Of a DNA stretch of 64,000 bases, positions 1 through 13,420 are shown one piece after another. The translations under genes were made by a program, and so were the position numbers. Source of the DNA: Cenococcum geophilum. Taxonomy: Eukaryota. How positions within the stretch are numbered: the first letter of the stretch is position 1; each line of letters starts with the position of its first letter. Below the pieces are notes generated by a model. The model was not told where the DNA came from, did not search any database, and saw nothing but the letters and a program-made list of their open reading frames with translations. The stretch spans positions 13,826,001 through 13,890,000 of the forward strand of contig CP158635.1 in NCBI GenBank assembly GCA_050273025.1, given 5' to 3'.

Positions 1-583
1 ACTACTATCCGTAATAGTCGTTGGTTTTATTATCTTTTTTACAGGTTTTTGGTTTTAGTTTTCATTTTCAGGAGAAGACTAAGGACGTTCTCTTTTTTCT
101 CCTATCCTAAATAGGCCAGGAGTAGGGGAGGGGGGCGAAAAAGTAAATGTAGACTCTTCGTCACTTATTTCTATAGGAGGTTTTTTTAGTTTTCTTGGCA
201 TTTTGTACCTTATAAGGGGATTTACTAGTTTTTACTATCCTTCTATGCTCTTTCTCCTTACTAATCCTACTAGAAGATTTCTGGGGAGATTAGGCTAAAA
301 GGGAGTAGAGAAACTAGCCCCTATTTAGTTTTAGTATTGGTAGTAGTAGTAATAGTAGTTTTAGTATTCCTATCTGTGCCTCGCTTACAAGCTAGGGCCA
401 CCCTTAGGAAATTTTTCTATTAGGGGAAAGGGGGTAAGACGACGACTAAATCCACCTCTAGCTTGCTAGGCGGTAAGAATTAGATCTTAAAAGTTGGAAA
501 ATCGATTGTTCTTGATGGTAAGATAGGTATGCGTAAGTTTTGGAGTGTGGCGCTACCTTTTGGTAAGGTTGCATATGCGGTAA
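1..583 (-). mobile_element. ORF1-only non-LTR element, copy 1 (5' part; rest lies outside the window)
   Basis: Colinear with 5330-5905, 15430-16010 and 58285-58860. ATG at 201-199 (MPRKLKKPPIEISDEES...). Abuts LINE-B ORF1, which resumes at ~598. Confidence 0.85.
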
Positions 584-597
584 AGCTTTAGGTAAAG

Positions 598-1600
598 TTC
601 CTAGTGTATATATACTAATGATAAGGGAGCCATACGTTTAACTAGCGTTTCCCTAGCAAGTCTCTGGCGACCCTTATATTCTTTTATTATTCTTATTATA
701 TACTTAGTTTGCATTTTCCTATTAAAGCCATTAGATTTAGGTAATCTTAAGTTTTAGTATAAGGCGTTCCGTTTGTTTTACTATCTTATATATAGTTGCT
801 ATATTGTCCGCCTAGCGTCCCTTTTTTACCCTAAGGCTTAGGGGAACCACTAGGACTTTAACTGGGTAATCTTTATAGAGCACTTTTATGCCAATACATT
901 CTCCTAGCCTGTCCCCTACCCTAACGGCTCGTTCCTTTGCCTATTAGTCCCTTAGGGTAACTCTAATATCTCCGCTCCTAAGGTGCTGGACTATAATAGC
1001 GTTATAAACCTCTTTATAAATCTTTATAAGGACTTTTATTTCTAATTATCCCTTAAGCCCCTCTACTTTTTCTATATTTGGTTATATTATAATTATATAC
1101 CCGGATATTATCTTTAGGGAGGTAGGTTCCCTATACTATGGACACGCAGCTATAGCAGCCCAGGTGCGGTTCGCCGGTAAGGAGGGGTTTTATTTATTTT
1201 TAATTTTGCTTAGCCATTAGAGGATTTAATTAAGGGTTTACTAAAGGGGCGCCTAAGGTTCGCTAGATTGGCGGAGCCATTCTACTAGCTGTATTAGTTT
1301 GTTATGGCTAATAGTTACTCCCCCATAACTGCGGATACTAGACGCGTCTAATAGGCTTTATATTTTGTTAGATGCCTTCTTAATAGAGGTCTTTCTGCTT
1401 TATAGTGTGGTATTCGCCCGTTCTTATTATAGAGGGCTATTGCTAGGCGTGGTTTTGGTGGACGCACGCGAGTGCAAACCACCGTCGTTTGATGTATGCC
1501 TTCCCTGCGATGCATGCATCTCAGGGGGATTCTCTGGGTGTTTTTCAGGGTTCTTTTGGTTGGTTTTAGTCTTTTTAGGCCAGGTGCAGCAAGAGCTCCT
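598..1600 (-). mobile_element. LINE-B (Tad1-like) 5' UTR and ORF1 start, inserted in Gypsy-1
   Basis: Reverse complement of 18948-19948 and 54393-55359, with the shared 5' end GGAGCTCTT(G/A)CTGCACC. Confidence 0.9.
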
Positions 1601-1639
1601 CCAGTTATGGAAATTTCTTATAATATATTTAGTATCTAT

Positions 1640-3795
1640 TAGAGTATATAGTATAGGACTATAAGATAGAGTTAGAACCAGGAATAAGTCTAAGGTTCTT
1701 TCTAATCTATAAGCTTACTAAAGAAGAAAATAGAGCATTAAAGGAGTTTGTCTAGGAAAACTTATAAAAGGGATATATTAGACTATTATAGTTATTAGTA
1801 GGTTATCCAGTACTATTTATACTAAAGAAAAATGGTAAACTAAGGCTGTGTATTAACTATAGACAGTTAAATAGCATTACTAGAAAGGATAGGTATTCTT
1901 TACCCTTAATTAGCGAAATCTAAGACAGGATAGGTAACGTACAAATCTTTATAAAGATAGATTTGAGATAGGCGTACTATTAGATTAGAATTAATAAAGG
2001 CAATAAATAGAAGGCAGCCTTTAGGTTAAAGGAAGGACTATATAAACTATTAGTTATATAATTTGGACTTATAAACGCACTAGCAATGTTCTAGAAGCGA
2101 ATTAACAATATATTAGGAGAACATTTGAATGAATTTATTATGGTATATCTTAATAATATTATTATCTACTTAATAACTAAGGAAGAACACGGGGAATATG
2201 TTAAATGGGTCTTAAAGAGACTACAAGAAGAATAGATGCTAGTAGCGATTAAGAAATGCGAGTTCTTTACTAGGAAGACAGATTTCGTTAGATTTATTAT
2301 TAAACTAGGCTAACTTAGCATAGATCTAAAGAAGATTAAGGCTATAGTGAATTGGTAGGAACTAGAGAATATTACATAGCTAAAATCGTTCCTAGGGTTT
2401 TGTAATTACTGCAGAAGGTTTATAGCGCAATAGTTAAAAAAATATTAAGCCATTTACGCGATTAATAAAGAAAGAAGAACTATAGGTATAGGGAGAGGAA
2501 CAGTAGGAACTTTTTAAGAAAGTTAAAAAGTTATTTACCTAGGAGCCAGTTTTAAAGATCTATTAACTAGGTTTAGAGACGGTTATAGAAATGGATGCAT
2601 TAGACTATATACTAGGGGCGTACTTTATATAAAGATATTAAGATAGATAGCACCTAGTGGCATACTATAGTCGGAAGATAACACTACTAGAGTTAAACTA
2701 TGATATCTATAATAATGAGTTATTAGGTATAGTTATAGTATTAAAGGAATAAAGAGTATTCTTATAAGGTATAGAGAAACCGTTTATAGTTAAGATAGAT
2801 TATAAGAACCTAATAGGGTTTCTAATAACAAAGGAACTTAACTAAAGATAGGTTAGATGGGCGGAAATGCTTATAGAATACTATTTTGAGATTTAGTATA
2901 CTAAGGGTACAGATAATACGCAAGTAGATACTCTAAGTTGTAAGGCTAAACTATAAAATAATAAAAAGCTATTAGGGGCTTTGCTGCAAAAAGATATAGA
3001 TGGATTAATTAGGTATAATTATCCGAAAATCGCAGTAACTTAAGAAGAGTTAGATAAGGTCTATAAAACACTAAAAAGCTTTTAGGTATAAAGAATTCTA
3101 GAAGCATAACTAGAAGATCTATAGATGGATATATACGAAAATCAAGAAGCGATGTATATCCTAAGGAGCATAGCAGAGTAATTTGTGGAAGATTTCTATA
3201 AGGGAATAACTTAAGGACATAATAGAGCTATAGGCTTAGTGTTAAGACTTTAAGAGGAGTACATTATTAATGGAATCTAGGGACTAGCGCGGAAAGTTAT
3301 AAGAGAATGTTTAGATTGCTAAAGGAATAAACTAATAAGGCATAAGCTATATAGAAGGCTATAACCTATTAAAGCACTAAAGAGACTATAGGAGGTCATA
3401 TTATAGGACTTTATTATTAAGTTACTAAAGTTAAGAGATCCTATTACTGGATAAGATTATAATGCGATTTTAGTAATAGTAGACAAGCTTATAAAGTGGG
3501 GATACTTTATAGCATATATAGAAGAAATATTAGTAGAAGATATTGCTAGAATCTATATTAAAGAAGTGTTTATAAGATATGGAGCATTAAGTAAGATTAT
3601 ATTAGATAGGGATCTAAGATTCATAGTAGTATTTTAGGAAGTGTTCTTAGTAGAGTAAGAAGTTTAAATAGTAACTTCTACTGTATATTATCCGCAGACA
3701 GATAGTTAAACGGAAAGACTAAATTAGATATTAGAGCAGTATCTAAGATATTATATTAATTACGCACAGAACAATTAGGTATTATTATTACTAGT

Positions 3796-3801
<6 letters not shown>
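1640..3801 (+). pseudogene. Gypsy-1 pol, RT/RNaseH/integrase part (RIP-inactivated)
   Basis: [16 protein letters not shown] (~1825), VYLNNII = YLDD (~2145), EMDALDY = ETDASDY (~2590), LDRDLRF = SDRDPRF (~3605), YPQTDS*TERLN = HPQTDGQTERLN (~3690). Confidence 0.92.
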
Positions 3802-3828
<27 letters not shown>

Positions 3829-5906
3829 CCGTTGTATTATACTACGTACAATACTGCGCATACAGCCTCTAGGCTATGGCGCTATAGTTCTATATACATA
3901 AATCCTTTCTAGGCAGCTTAACATGTACTAGTAGCTATGTCCTAATAGTTTATAAACCCCTAAGGGTTTATAGCTCCTTAGTAAGATACTAAGTTGCTAC
4001 AACTACTAGGGAATGAGAAAACTGTAGGAAAAAACCATAGGAAATCCTAACACCTATCCCTGTCCTTTTGCAATTTATTTCTTTTCTTTTACTCTCTATT
4101 ATCTTTTTCAAGAGCCTAGTAGGAGTTACCCCCTTCTAGAATCCTATCTGTTTTATTTATATACTAGTTTAGCTGCTTTAAGATTCTCGCAGTCTTTACT
4201 ATTAGCAAAGTGTTCTTCCTTACAATTAATGTAAAGAGGGGTAGTGTGCTTGCAAGGCCTGCCTAATATTAAATAGGTAGGACAGCAGTGGTCTTTAGAT
4301 AAATGTGCAGCCGCACAGAATCTACAGGCTCTAGTAGAGCATCTATCTCCTATATGGCCAAATTTTTGGCAGCTAGTGCACTGCGTAGTAGGAAAGACTT
4401 CGAGGTATTTTACTACCTTAGTAGCTGTACCTGCAATTGAGATCTCTTTTTGCTTAAGGATTTCTTGTCTTTTTTCCTCGTTCTCTATAGTAAAAACTAT
4501 AGAGCCAAATCTAGTCTGCGGATCGTGTCTTTTTACACTAAATAAGATCCATCTAGGTAGTCCTTGTATCTTTATAGGATTAAAGGTCTTAATTTCTTCT
4601 TTTAGAAGCTTAGAGCCTCCCTCTCCTAGAAAAGGTAGGGTGGGAACCCTATGGGCTATAATTTGAACCCAGGGTTCTAGTTTTTGTTCTCTTTAAAAGG
4701 TAAAGCAGTTACGCCAGATATCCTTATATTTAACTAGGAAATCCGCATTATACTCTTCTGTAGTTGTAAGGAGAATATTTTGTTTTCCTTTGGTTCTAGC
4801 TATAGACGCTAGTACTGGCTTTTTTACTTGCAGTTTTAATACAAATAGTTAATTGACTTTGTTTCGTATAGAGAAGGTATCTAGCGGTTAGTCCTTTTCG
4901 TCTATAATTAGGACTAGCTTCCTTTCTTATAGCTGCTTTTTCTTACTTCTAGTAGAAGTAGAACTCCTACTAGAAGGAGAAGGGGTAGAAGGTGGTGGTG
5001 GTGATAATAATGAGGAGGGTAGGGAGGACGAAGAAGGGAGGTCCTTCTTTAGCCTCTCTGCGTAAGTTTCCTTAGTAGGAGCTACCTCCTTACGGAGAGC
5101 TCTTACTTCTTCTACTAGTCCTCTTAGGACATCTTTTGCCTTTTCTTTTCCTTGTATAAAGGGGGTTTCTCCTGCTAGGATACTCCGTGTGTAGTCCTCT
5201 AGCTGTTTAACTTGTTCTTTTTCTTCTTTTTCTTCTTCTTCTAGCCCTTTATAGGCCTGAGTTAGGCTTTCTAGAGCTTTTTATAGGTGTTGTTTTGGAG
5301 AAAGGGGAGGGAAAGGTATGCTAGGTATACTATCCGTAGTAGTTATTAGTTTTGTTTATAGGTTTTTGGTTTTGGTTTTCATTTTCAGGAGAAGACTAAG
5401 GATATTCTCTTTTTTCTCCTGCCCTAAATAGGCTAGAAGAAGAAGAAGAGGGGAGAGAAAAAGTAAATATATTAGACTGATGATCACTTATTTCTAAAGG
5501 AGGTTTTTTTTAGCCTATTAGGCTTCGGCATTTTATAGGGGGGTTTCCTAGTTTTTACTATCCTTATACCCTTTCTCCTTACTAATCCTACTAGAAGATT
5601 TCTGGGGAGATTAGGCTAAGAGGTAGTAGAGAAACTAGCCCCTATTTTGTAGTTTTGGTATTAGTAGTAGTGGTAGTAGGTTTAGTGTTCTTGTCCGTGC
5701 CTCGCTTATAAGCTAGGGCCACCCTTAAAGAAAATTTTCTGTTGGGAAAAGGAGGTAAAACGACAAATAAATCCACCTCTAGCTCGCTAGGCAGTAGGAC
5801 TTAGGTCTTAAAAGTTAGAAAATCAATTATTTTTAATGGTAAGATGGGTATACGTAAGTTTTAGAGTATAGCGCTACCTTTTAGTAAGGTTATATATGTG
5901 GTGAAG
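3802..5906 (-). mobile_element. ORF1-only non-LTR element, copy 2 (complete), with (TA)n tail
   Basis: Colinear end to end with 56761-58866. Single gag-like ORF and ~330 bp 3' UTR. No endonuclease or RT motifs. Confidence 0.88.
4153..5531 (-). pseudogene. LINE ORF1/gag-like nucleic-acid-binding protein with zinc knuckles (RIP stops)
   Basis: CTSCQKFGHIGDRC (CX2CX4HX4C), CRFCAAAHLSKDH and (C)INCKEEHFANSKDC at ~4190-4385. Acidic coiled-coil and Pro/Ser-rich N-terminal half. Confidence 0.85.
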
Positions 5907-7389
5907 GCTATTATATAATAACATATAAGGCTAGTATAGGTAGGTAGTTATATATTAGCTAGTAATATAGTAGAGTTTAATATACCTGCTTATCTAAGCC
6001 TCTACCCTAGTTTTCTAGTGCTTTAGTCCTAGTCTGCAAGTAGTTGGCTGCCACCACTACTTGTATAGGGAATTTCACCATTCTTTTGGATATTTTATAA
6101 TGGGTTATTAGCCTAAGTACTAGTCTGCCCCCTAGCAGTCTGTATAAGAGTCTCCTCCTAGAGTTGGTACGCTTTTATACAGCTTAGGAGCCTTCTATAG
6201 CCTTTGGTTTTACGCCTTTTTTATTATTTCCGCCGGTACGGGCATAAGCTGCCATTTTTAGGGGTCGTAACTCCCGTCTTACGCGCCTACTGGCGTAATC
6301 CTATAAAGGCGTTATGGCTGTATCCTATAATGTAGACTTAGGCGTACTTTTTATAGTTAGGCCTAGCTAAAACCTTCCTACCTAAGTAACTCCTGTTTGC
6401 TCCTTAAGTATATCTTGCCGGCGTACCGCCCTAGAGACGGACGGTTCCGTCTATTAATATACTAACACGCATATCCGTTTTCTTAAGCCACGTAGTAGTC
6501 TCTCTAGCTAGGACGTAATCCTACCTGCCTATTAGGTGCACTAAGGGTTAGAGCCTAGCTAAGGGGTAAGGTCCTTAAAGCTAGCAGTAGCTATTACGTA
6601 CTACGCCCCGCAGGAGGTTCCCGTTTCGCGTTACCTGTAAGAGTCTCCTTATAATAGGCCGACCGTGTCTTATAGAAGAGGGGCTGTAGAGATACTAGGT
6701 CCCGCACCAGACGACCTGCTCCCCCCTCTCCTACTAACTAAGCTTATATCCCCCCCTTTTATAAGCTGGCCTATATCTCTAACTATTAAGACCTTGTCCG
6801 ACTGGCCTATGTTTCCCCTATAGCCTCCCCTATATATATATATTAGGTTACGTATACTATGCCTATTAAGACCCTCCTATAAGTCGCCTTATATATATAC
6901 GCATTAGGTTACGTGCACTACGCCTATTAAGACCCTCCTATAAGTTACCTGTAAGTCAACTAAGTCGTATACTATAGGGCCGTCGAAGCTGGCCTGTATT
7001 TCCGCTGCCTAGAGCTTTGCCTATATTTCCACCTTATTAAGCTATCTGGTCGCTATTGCGTTGCCGTTATATTGCTATCGCGTTGCTGTTGTCTAGGTTG
7101 CGCGTACTATACCTATTAAGACCCTCTTCTAAGTTATTTAGGTATACTGGATACTAGATAGGCCCTTATAGAGGGGCCTTAATAAGTTCTCTTGGTAGGA
7201 CCTTAATGTTAAAGTGGGTTCTAGTTAGCGTATATTACTTCTTATTGGGTGGAACCTCTAACACTCTTCTATATAATTGTTGCTTCCCTACCCTCTTAGA
7301 TATATATGCTCAATAAAAATAATTATTAAACTATACCTATTTTAATAGGTTATAAGCCCAGAAATGCTTTTATCGCGTAGTAACCTGTA

Positions 7390-7712
7390 TACTACGTCTT
7401 AAGATACACCTTAGACATACGCACTCTAGATATTTTAAATATGCGTACTTTAAATACTTTATACTCTAGATACTTTGGATATATATACTCTAGACTTTTT
7501 AGATATACGCACTCTAGATACTTTATACTTTAGACACTTTAGATATATATACTTTAGATATTTTAGATATACGCACTCTAGACACTTTATACTTTAGATA
7601 TTTTAGATATACGCACTCTAGATACCTTAGATATATATACTTTAGATATTTTAGATATTTGGATATACGCACTCTAACTTAGATATATATACTTTAGAAA
7701 TTTTAGATATCC
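7390..7712 (+). repeat. Copia 5' UTR tandem repeat (mixed ~15 and ~23 bp units, CTAGACACTTCGGATATGCGCACT-like)
   Basis: Repeated ACTCTAGA(C/T)A core. Also present at ~27560-27880 and ~33530-33850 in the other copies. Confidence 0.85.
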
Positions 7713-7729
7713 TATTAATTAAGATTAGC

Positions 7730-10700
7730 TTTTCTTACTATATCTTAGTTGCCTATTACTATCTATTAACCTTAAATTAGGTTTTCTATTAATATTTTAG
7801 TTGCCTATTACTATTACTATTCCTAGTGCCATTATTATTATTATTATTATTATTATTAGTCGTTAAATCCTTAGCACTATACTAAATACTAAAAAGGTAA
7901 TAGTATATAAGCTAAAGAATATTATTTCCTACCTTTTTACTAAAACACTTGCTTCTCTTTTATAAGTTATTATAGTAATTAAATACTCTAAGTCTAATAT
8001 TAATCTCTCTAATATTTAGATACTTAAAAGCCCTATAAACTATAAGAAGTAGAAAAAAGGTACTAGGTAGTAGCTAATTAAGAATAACTTTAATTTAGAC
8101 GCTTTAGTTAACCTAGGAGCTAAACCAGCTATAAACTAACCTTAGGTTAAGAGAGATGCTTATAATAAACTTGTTAAAACTTATTAGGCGGATCTTAAAG
8201 CTTAAAAGAGAAAGTAACTTAAGGAAGTAAATTATATCTTTATAACCTATAGCACTTATAGATAGAACCTTATTAAAGACTGTATTAAAATTAAGGATAT
8301 AATAGAAATCTTATATGCGGAATTTAAGCTAAAAGGAGACGCGATATATGCTAAAATATGCGCTAAATGGCAAAACCTTACTCTTGTAAACTATAAGAAC
8401 GTTAAAAAATATATTATTAAATTTAAGGAGATATACTTAGACCTTAAGACTTAAAACTATACTATAGACCGAATAGACCTACTCTCTAAGTTTATTAATA
8501 GTCTTAGTCCTACTTTTAACAGCTAGTAAGAATTATTCTACCTTATACACTCCCTTACTAATAAGACCCTTACTCTTTTAAAAGTTTAGGGCCTTACCTA
8601 TATGTAAGAGCAACTTATACTTTAAAGTTAACTAGTAGCTTTCTAAGCATATATAAATTAAGCCTCTTACCGCTAGCAGTATTATAATTAGTAAGGCTAA
8701 TAATAATATAATAGACTATATTGTAGGCTATATAAACGCGCTAGCTACTAGAAAGATAGATACTAGATCCTTTAACCCTACTTAAAGGAGATCTGGCGAA
8801 AGGAAAACCCTAAAAAAGCTATAGAGATAAATACGCGCTCTACTTATAGAAGGGACTTTAGAAAATAATAAAGAGCCTATTAGAGTAACTCCTTATTAAG
8901 ATCTATATTATTACCTATAGTACTATTAGCAATAATAATAAATGGTAAGCCTTTTACTAAGTTAAGGCAATATATAGGAATAGCTATTTAATTAACTATA
9001 GTTGAGTAATAAATAAGGTGGCTATAAAAGCTTTAACTCTATAATAAGCTAACTAGGCTATAATTGTACCTTAATAATTGTGGCTAAAACTCCCGTATTT
9101 CCGATTATATTAGACGTTCTTTACTACAGATCTATCTACTCTTATATTATCTTTTATTTGTTCCCTTTAGACTCTTTATAACTAGTATACTATTCTTCTT
9201 TTATAGTCTTTTACTACTTATATAGATTGCCCTTTAACCTTTACTATTAGTATAGAAACTATTAGCTTACGTATATAACCTATAGAAGAACTTACGCTAC
9301 TTTATACGTAACCTACTTTGCTAACTATGCCTTATTACCTATTAGTAGCGGGTTCCCTATATTATTTGCATTCCTTCTTATTTTTATACCTCTAAGCTTA
9401 CTAGATAACTTTATTTTATAGCTAAACTAAATATTAACCTCTCTTCTGTAATTATTATTAATACTAGGTATACTTAGTATATATTTTAGTTAAGAGAGCT
9501 ATTTATTACCTATTAAGATCTTTAAGTTAATAAGAAGATTATTATCTCCGGAATTAAAGAAACGTGTTTTTAGTTAATAGGAAAGGGAGATATATACCTA
9601 AGACTTATAGTTTTAGAAGTTAAGAGAGAGCTTATTTTTACTAATATCCTTTATGTTTTTAATTTATAAGCTAACCTAGTATCTAGTTTATAGCTTATTA
9701 ATAATTAAGTTTATCTTTATTTATCTAACCTTAGATGCGATTTTTTCTATAACTTAGAGCTTATAGCTTACGCGTTTTATAAGTCCGGCCTCTTCTTTCT
9801 CTATACTTAGGCTAACCATTAAGAAGGGCTTATAGCCTTTATAGTTGGCTATTAAACCAGCTATATATTATACAGTAGCTTATAAAACCTAGCCGAGAGG
9901 TTATAGTACGAAAGGCTCGGTTATATTAGCCCTTAGAACTTATAAAAGCTCTAAAGAATATTAAAAGGGATAGACCTTACTTACTTATTAGACCTTTATA
10001 ACTGCACCTATAAAGCCTACCTATATAGTAGAATGTATAATATTATATATTAGGATTCTCTTATTAACTATAATACTAAGCCTTACGAAGTTATATTCTT
10101 TAATATTAAAGGACCTATAAAAGTAGCTAGCTATAATGGATTAAGATATTTTATTACTTTCTAAGATAAAGTTAATAAAATAAGCGAAGTTTACCTAATA
10201 AAGTATAAGGCTGAAGTTCTGTTTTATTTTCGACAATATTAAGTAAAGGTTAAATAATAAGGAAGTTTTATCTTACGGCTATATAGTAATGGCGGAGGAG
10301 AATATCTTAGATATGCTTTTTAGCTAGAACTTGCGAATAAGGGAATTTAGTTCTTATACTTAACCCTAAAGAGTTAATAATAAAATAGAGCCTTAGAATA
10401 ACTTAATCGCATAATATATAACTAAGCCTTTACCTTTATAAATAATTGCTTACTTCCTAAGAACTTCTAGCTAGAAGTAGTTAAGTACGCTAACTTTATA
10501 TAAAATATCCTCCCTATTAAATTATTAGAAATATAAACCCCCTATAAAATAAAGCAAGGCGAAGTCTTTAATTACTCTTAGATTTGTACCTTTAGGTATA
10601 ATATCTGGTATAGGGCCGGTAGTTAGAAGAAGTTTAGCTCTTATATAGATAAGAAGGTAAAATTAGGGAACCTTGTTAGCTTTAAGGGTAAATATATTAT

Positions 10701-12687
10701 TTAAATTTAAGATAAAGAGATAGGACGGCTTATATATGCCTTAGCTATCCACTTTTAAAAGACTGTTTTAACAGTTCCCGGTAGTAATAAGTATTAAATT
10801 TAAGAATAATATGTTAAATATAACTCCGATACTCTAGATATTAACGCTTAGTTTAAGGGAGAAGAAGCTCTACCTAATTATGCTACCTAATGTAAATAGC
10901 ATTAAGAAGAGAAACAGCTCCTTAAGAAAGCTTAAAAATTAAAGCGCCTTGCTATTAATAAAACACCCCTACGGAAGTTAAAACGTCTAGCAGCTACTAA
11001 TAGGCCTTAACTACCTCTTAAGTATCGTAATTCTGTCGATATTAAAGAAAACCCGCCTATTGCAGCATTCTTAGCGCTTACCTACTTCTTAACCCCTTCC
11101 TTTAAACACCTCTACGCTATACTTAGTAACTCCCCTATAGCTAAACCTTATAAGCTAAGGTTATAGAAATAATCTACCCTTAACGTTAATAATAATAAAT
11201 AGTACTTCGCTAGTAAAGACAAAATTAGCTTTTATAAAGTAAATAATATCTAGATACTTATTAACTAACCTTTTAATTATAAAGTTCTTAACGCCTAATA
11301 GGTTTTTAAGCATAAGCGGGATAGTAAAGAAAGGATTATATAATATAAGGTAAGGTAGGTGGTAAAGGGTTATAAATAATAAGCTAGGGTTAACTTTAAT
11401 AAGATCTTTATATCCGTTATAAAACCTATAAGCTATAAAGCGCTTTTTGCTATTGCAGCTATATAAGACCTTAAGATTAAATAAATAGACGTTAAGACCG
11501 CTTTCCTTTATAGAAGCGTTAAGGAGGAGATCTATATTAATTAACCTAAAGGTTTTAATAATGGAACTGGATAGGTTTGTTGTCTAAATAAAGCACTTTA
11601 CGGTCTTAAATAGTTGCCTTAAGTTTAGTATTAAACGCTCTTGGAGTTCCTTATAGATGCTAATTTTAAACCCCTTAACTCTAACTCTTTAGTCTTCGCT
11701 AAAGGTTCTATATATATCGCAGTCTACGTTAATAACCTCCTACTTATTGGACTAGATATTATTAACATTAAGATCGTTAAAGCTTAACTTAGTAAATGCT
11801 TTAGCATAACCGATCTAGGCCCTATTACTTATTACCTTAGTATAAAAGTAACTTAAGATTAACAACTCCGTAAACTACGGCTTAGCTAATTCTCTTACCT
11901 TAAAGAGGCTATTTATAGCGCTAGTTTTTAGAACTGTTCCCCTTACCTTATACTAATAGGAACCTCTTATCTTTAACCGGCGGCGGTAGATTATTAGGCT
12001 AACTCTGTGTTTAAGACTTAATACTAATTACTAGTTAGCACCCTAATATATGCTATACTTGGTACTTAACCTAATATCGCCTTTGCTGTCTTCCTTATTA
12101 GTTACTTTACTTCTAATTTTAATAAGTCTTATATGCAAGCTATTCTTTAAATACTTTCCTATTTATATAGTATACTTAACCTCTAACTTATCCTTTAAGG
12201 AGAGATATAAGCGCTTTGGGGGTTTATAGACTCTAGCTAGGTAGATAACTTAGAAACTCGAAAATTAATATTAGGATTTATATTTAATATTAGAAGTAGT
12301 GCGATTAGCTAGTCCTTAAAGCGCTAATTTATGGTAGTACTCTTAACCTGTAAAGCAGAGTATATAGCATAGACAGTTGCAGCAAAAAAAGCTATTTAGT
12401 TATAATAACTCCTTTAAGAACTATCTCTAACTAACAAATCCCCTTACGCAACGATTATTTACGCTAATAATTAAGGTGCTATTACTCTTATAAAAGACCC
12501 TAAGTTTTACGCTTAAACTAAGTATATTACTCTCCGATATTACTTTATTTGGGAGAAGGTTATAAATAGAGATATTAAGCTGGAATATATATAAACAAGT
12601 TAATAAATAGCTGATGGTTTTACTAAGGCGCTACTAAAAGATGCATTCTATGCATTTAGAGATGCTTTAGGTTTAGAGAGATATTAA
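7730..12687 (+). pseudogene. Copia gag-protease-integrase-RT-RNaseH polyprotein (RIP-inactivated)
   Basis: Zinc knuckle ~8720, IINTR = IIDTG protease ~9455, L*YERLGY = LWHERLGH ~9901, IDVKTAFLY ~11486, VYVNNL = YVDD ~11722, GFIDSS* RNaseH ~12220. Start is approximate. Confidence 0.9.
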
Positions 12688-13420
12688 CGTCTTTTGTGAC
12701 CTTTATATTATTACCTATATTTAGCTTAAGGGGGGCTATTAAAGTGGGTTCTAGTTAGCGTGTATTGCTTCTTATTGGGTAGAACCTCTAATACTCTTCT
12801 ATATAATTGTCGCTTCCCTACCCTCTTAGATATGTATGTTTAATAAAAATAATCATTAAACTATACCTATTTTAATACTTAATAAGTTCTTCGCGGTGGC
12901 CTTAGGGCCTTAATAAGTTTTATACAAAGTATCTGTAACGCGTTAACCTTAATAAGTTTTATACAAAGTATCTGTAACGCGTTAACCTTAATAAGTTCTT
13001 ATAAAAAGAGGTTCCCTACGCCCTTGCCGTATTCTCTTAGTCTTAGAGCTAGTGTAAGCCTAAGGGTGTCCTATTATACGCCTAGGGCGCGTTTACGTTA
13101 ACTGGCTAAATAAGGCCAGTTTCGGGCCTGGCTGCGAGCCAGGTAGTCATATATCGGGCGGTTTTCGTATCCCAGTTTCCCTTAATGGCCCCCCTAGATA
13201 GTATAGCAGGAGCCCTAAGTAGGGGCAGTAGGACTCCTAGTGTTGTTAAGGGCGATATACGCGTCGCAGGCTTAACACCACAGAGTCGCAACACCAGCGC
13301 GCTGCGCGCGCTGCGACGGCTCTCCTTTATCGCCTCTACACTTAGCCATTATAGGGAATGATTTCCCGATGATGTTTCTATCCGCGGCGACGTGAATGTG
13401 TATAGTAGGGCTTCGCGGGC

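Larger units (their letters stand above)
7207..12877 (+). mobile_element. Ty1/copia LTR retrotransposon, copy 1 (full length)
   Basis: 141-bp LTRs at 7207-7347 and 12737-12877. TSD CTTAA at 7202-7206 and 12878-12882. PBS GGTTATAAGCCC and PPT AAGGGGGGC. Confidence 0.96.
5907..13420 (-). mobile_element. Unclassified element X (~1.85 kb without the nested copia)
   Basis: Lies between the 5' end of the ORF1-only element and the right copy of TSD TACTAGTTATATA. RIP-mutated, with internal repeats and a GC-rich right end with a possible minus-strand ATG (MAKCRGDKGEP...). Strand is inferred. Confidence 0.5.
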
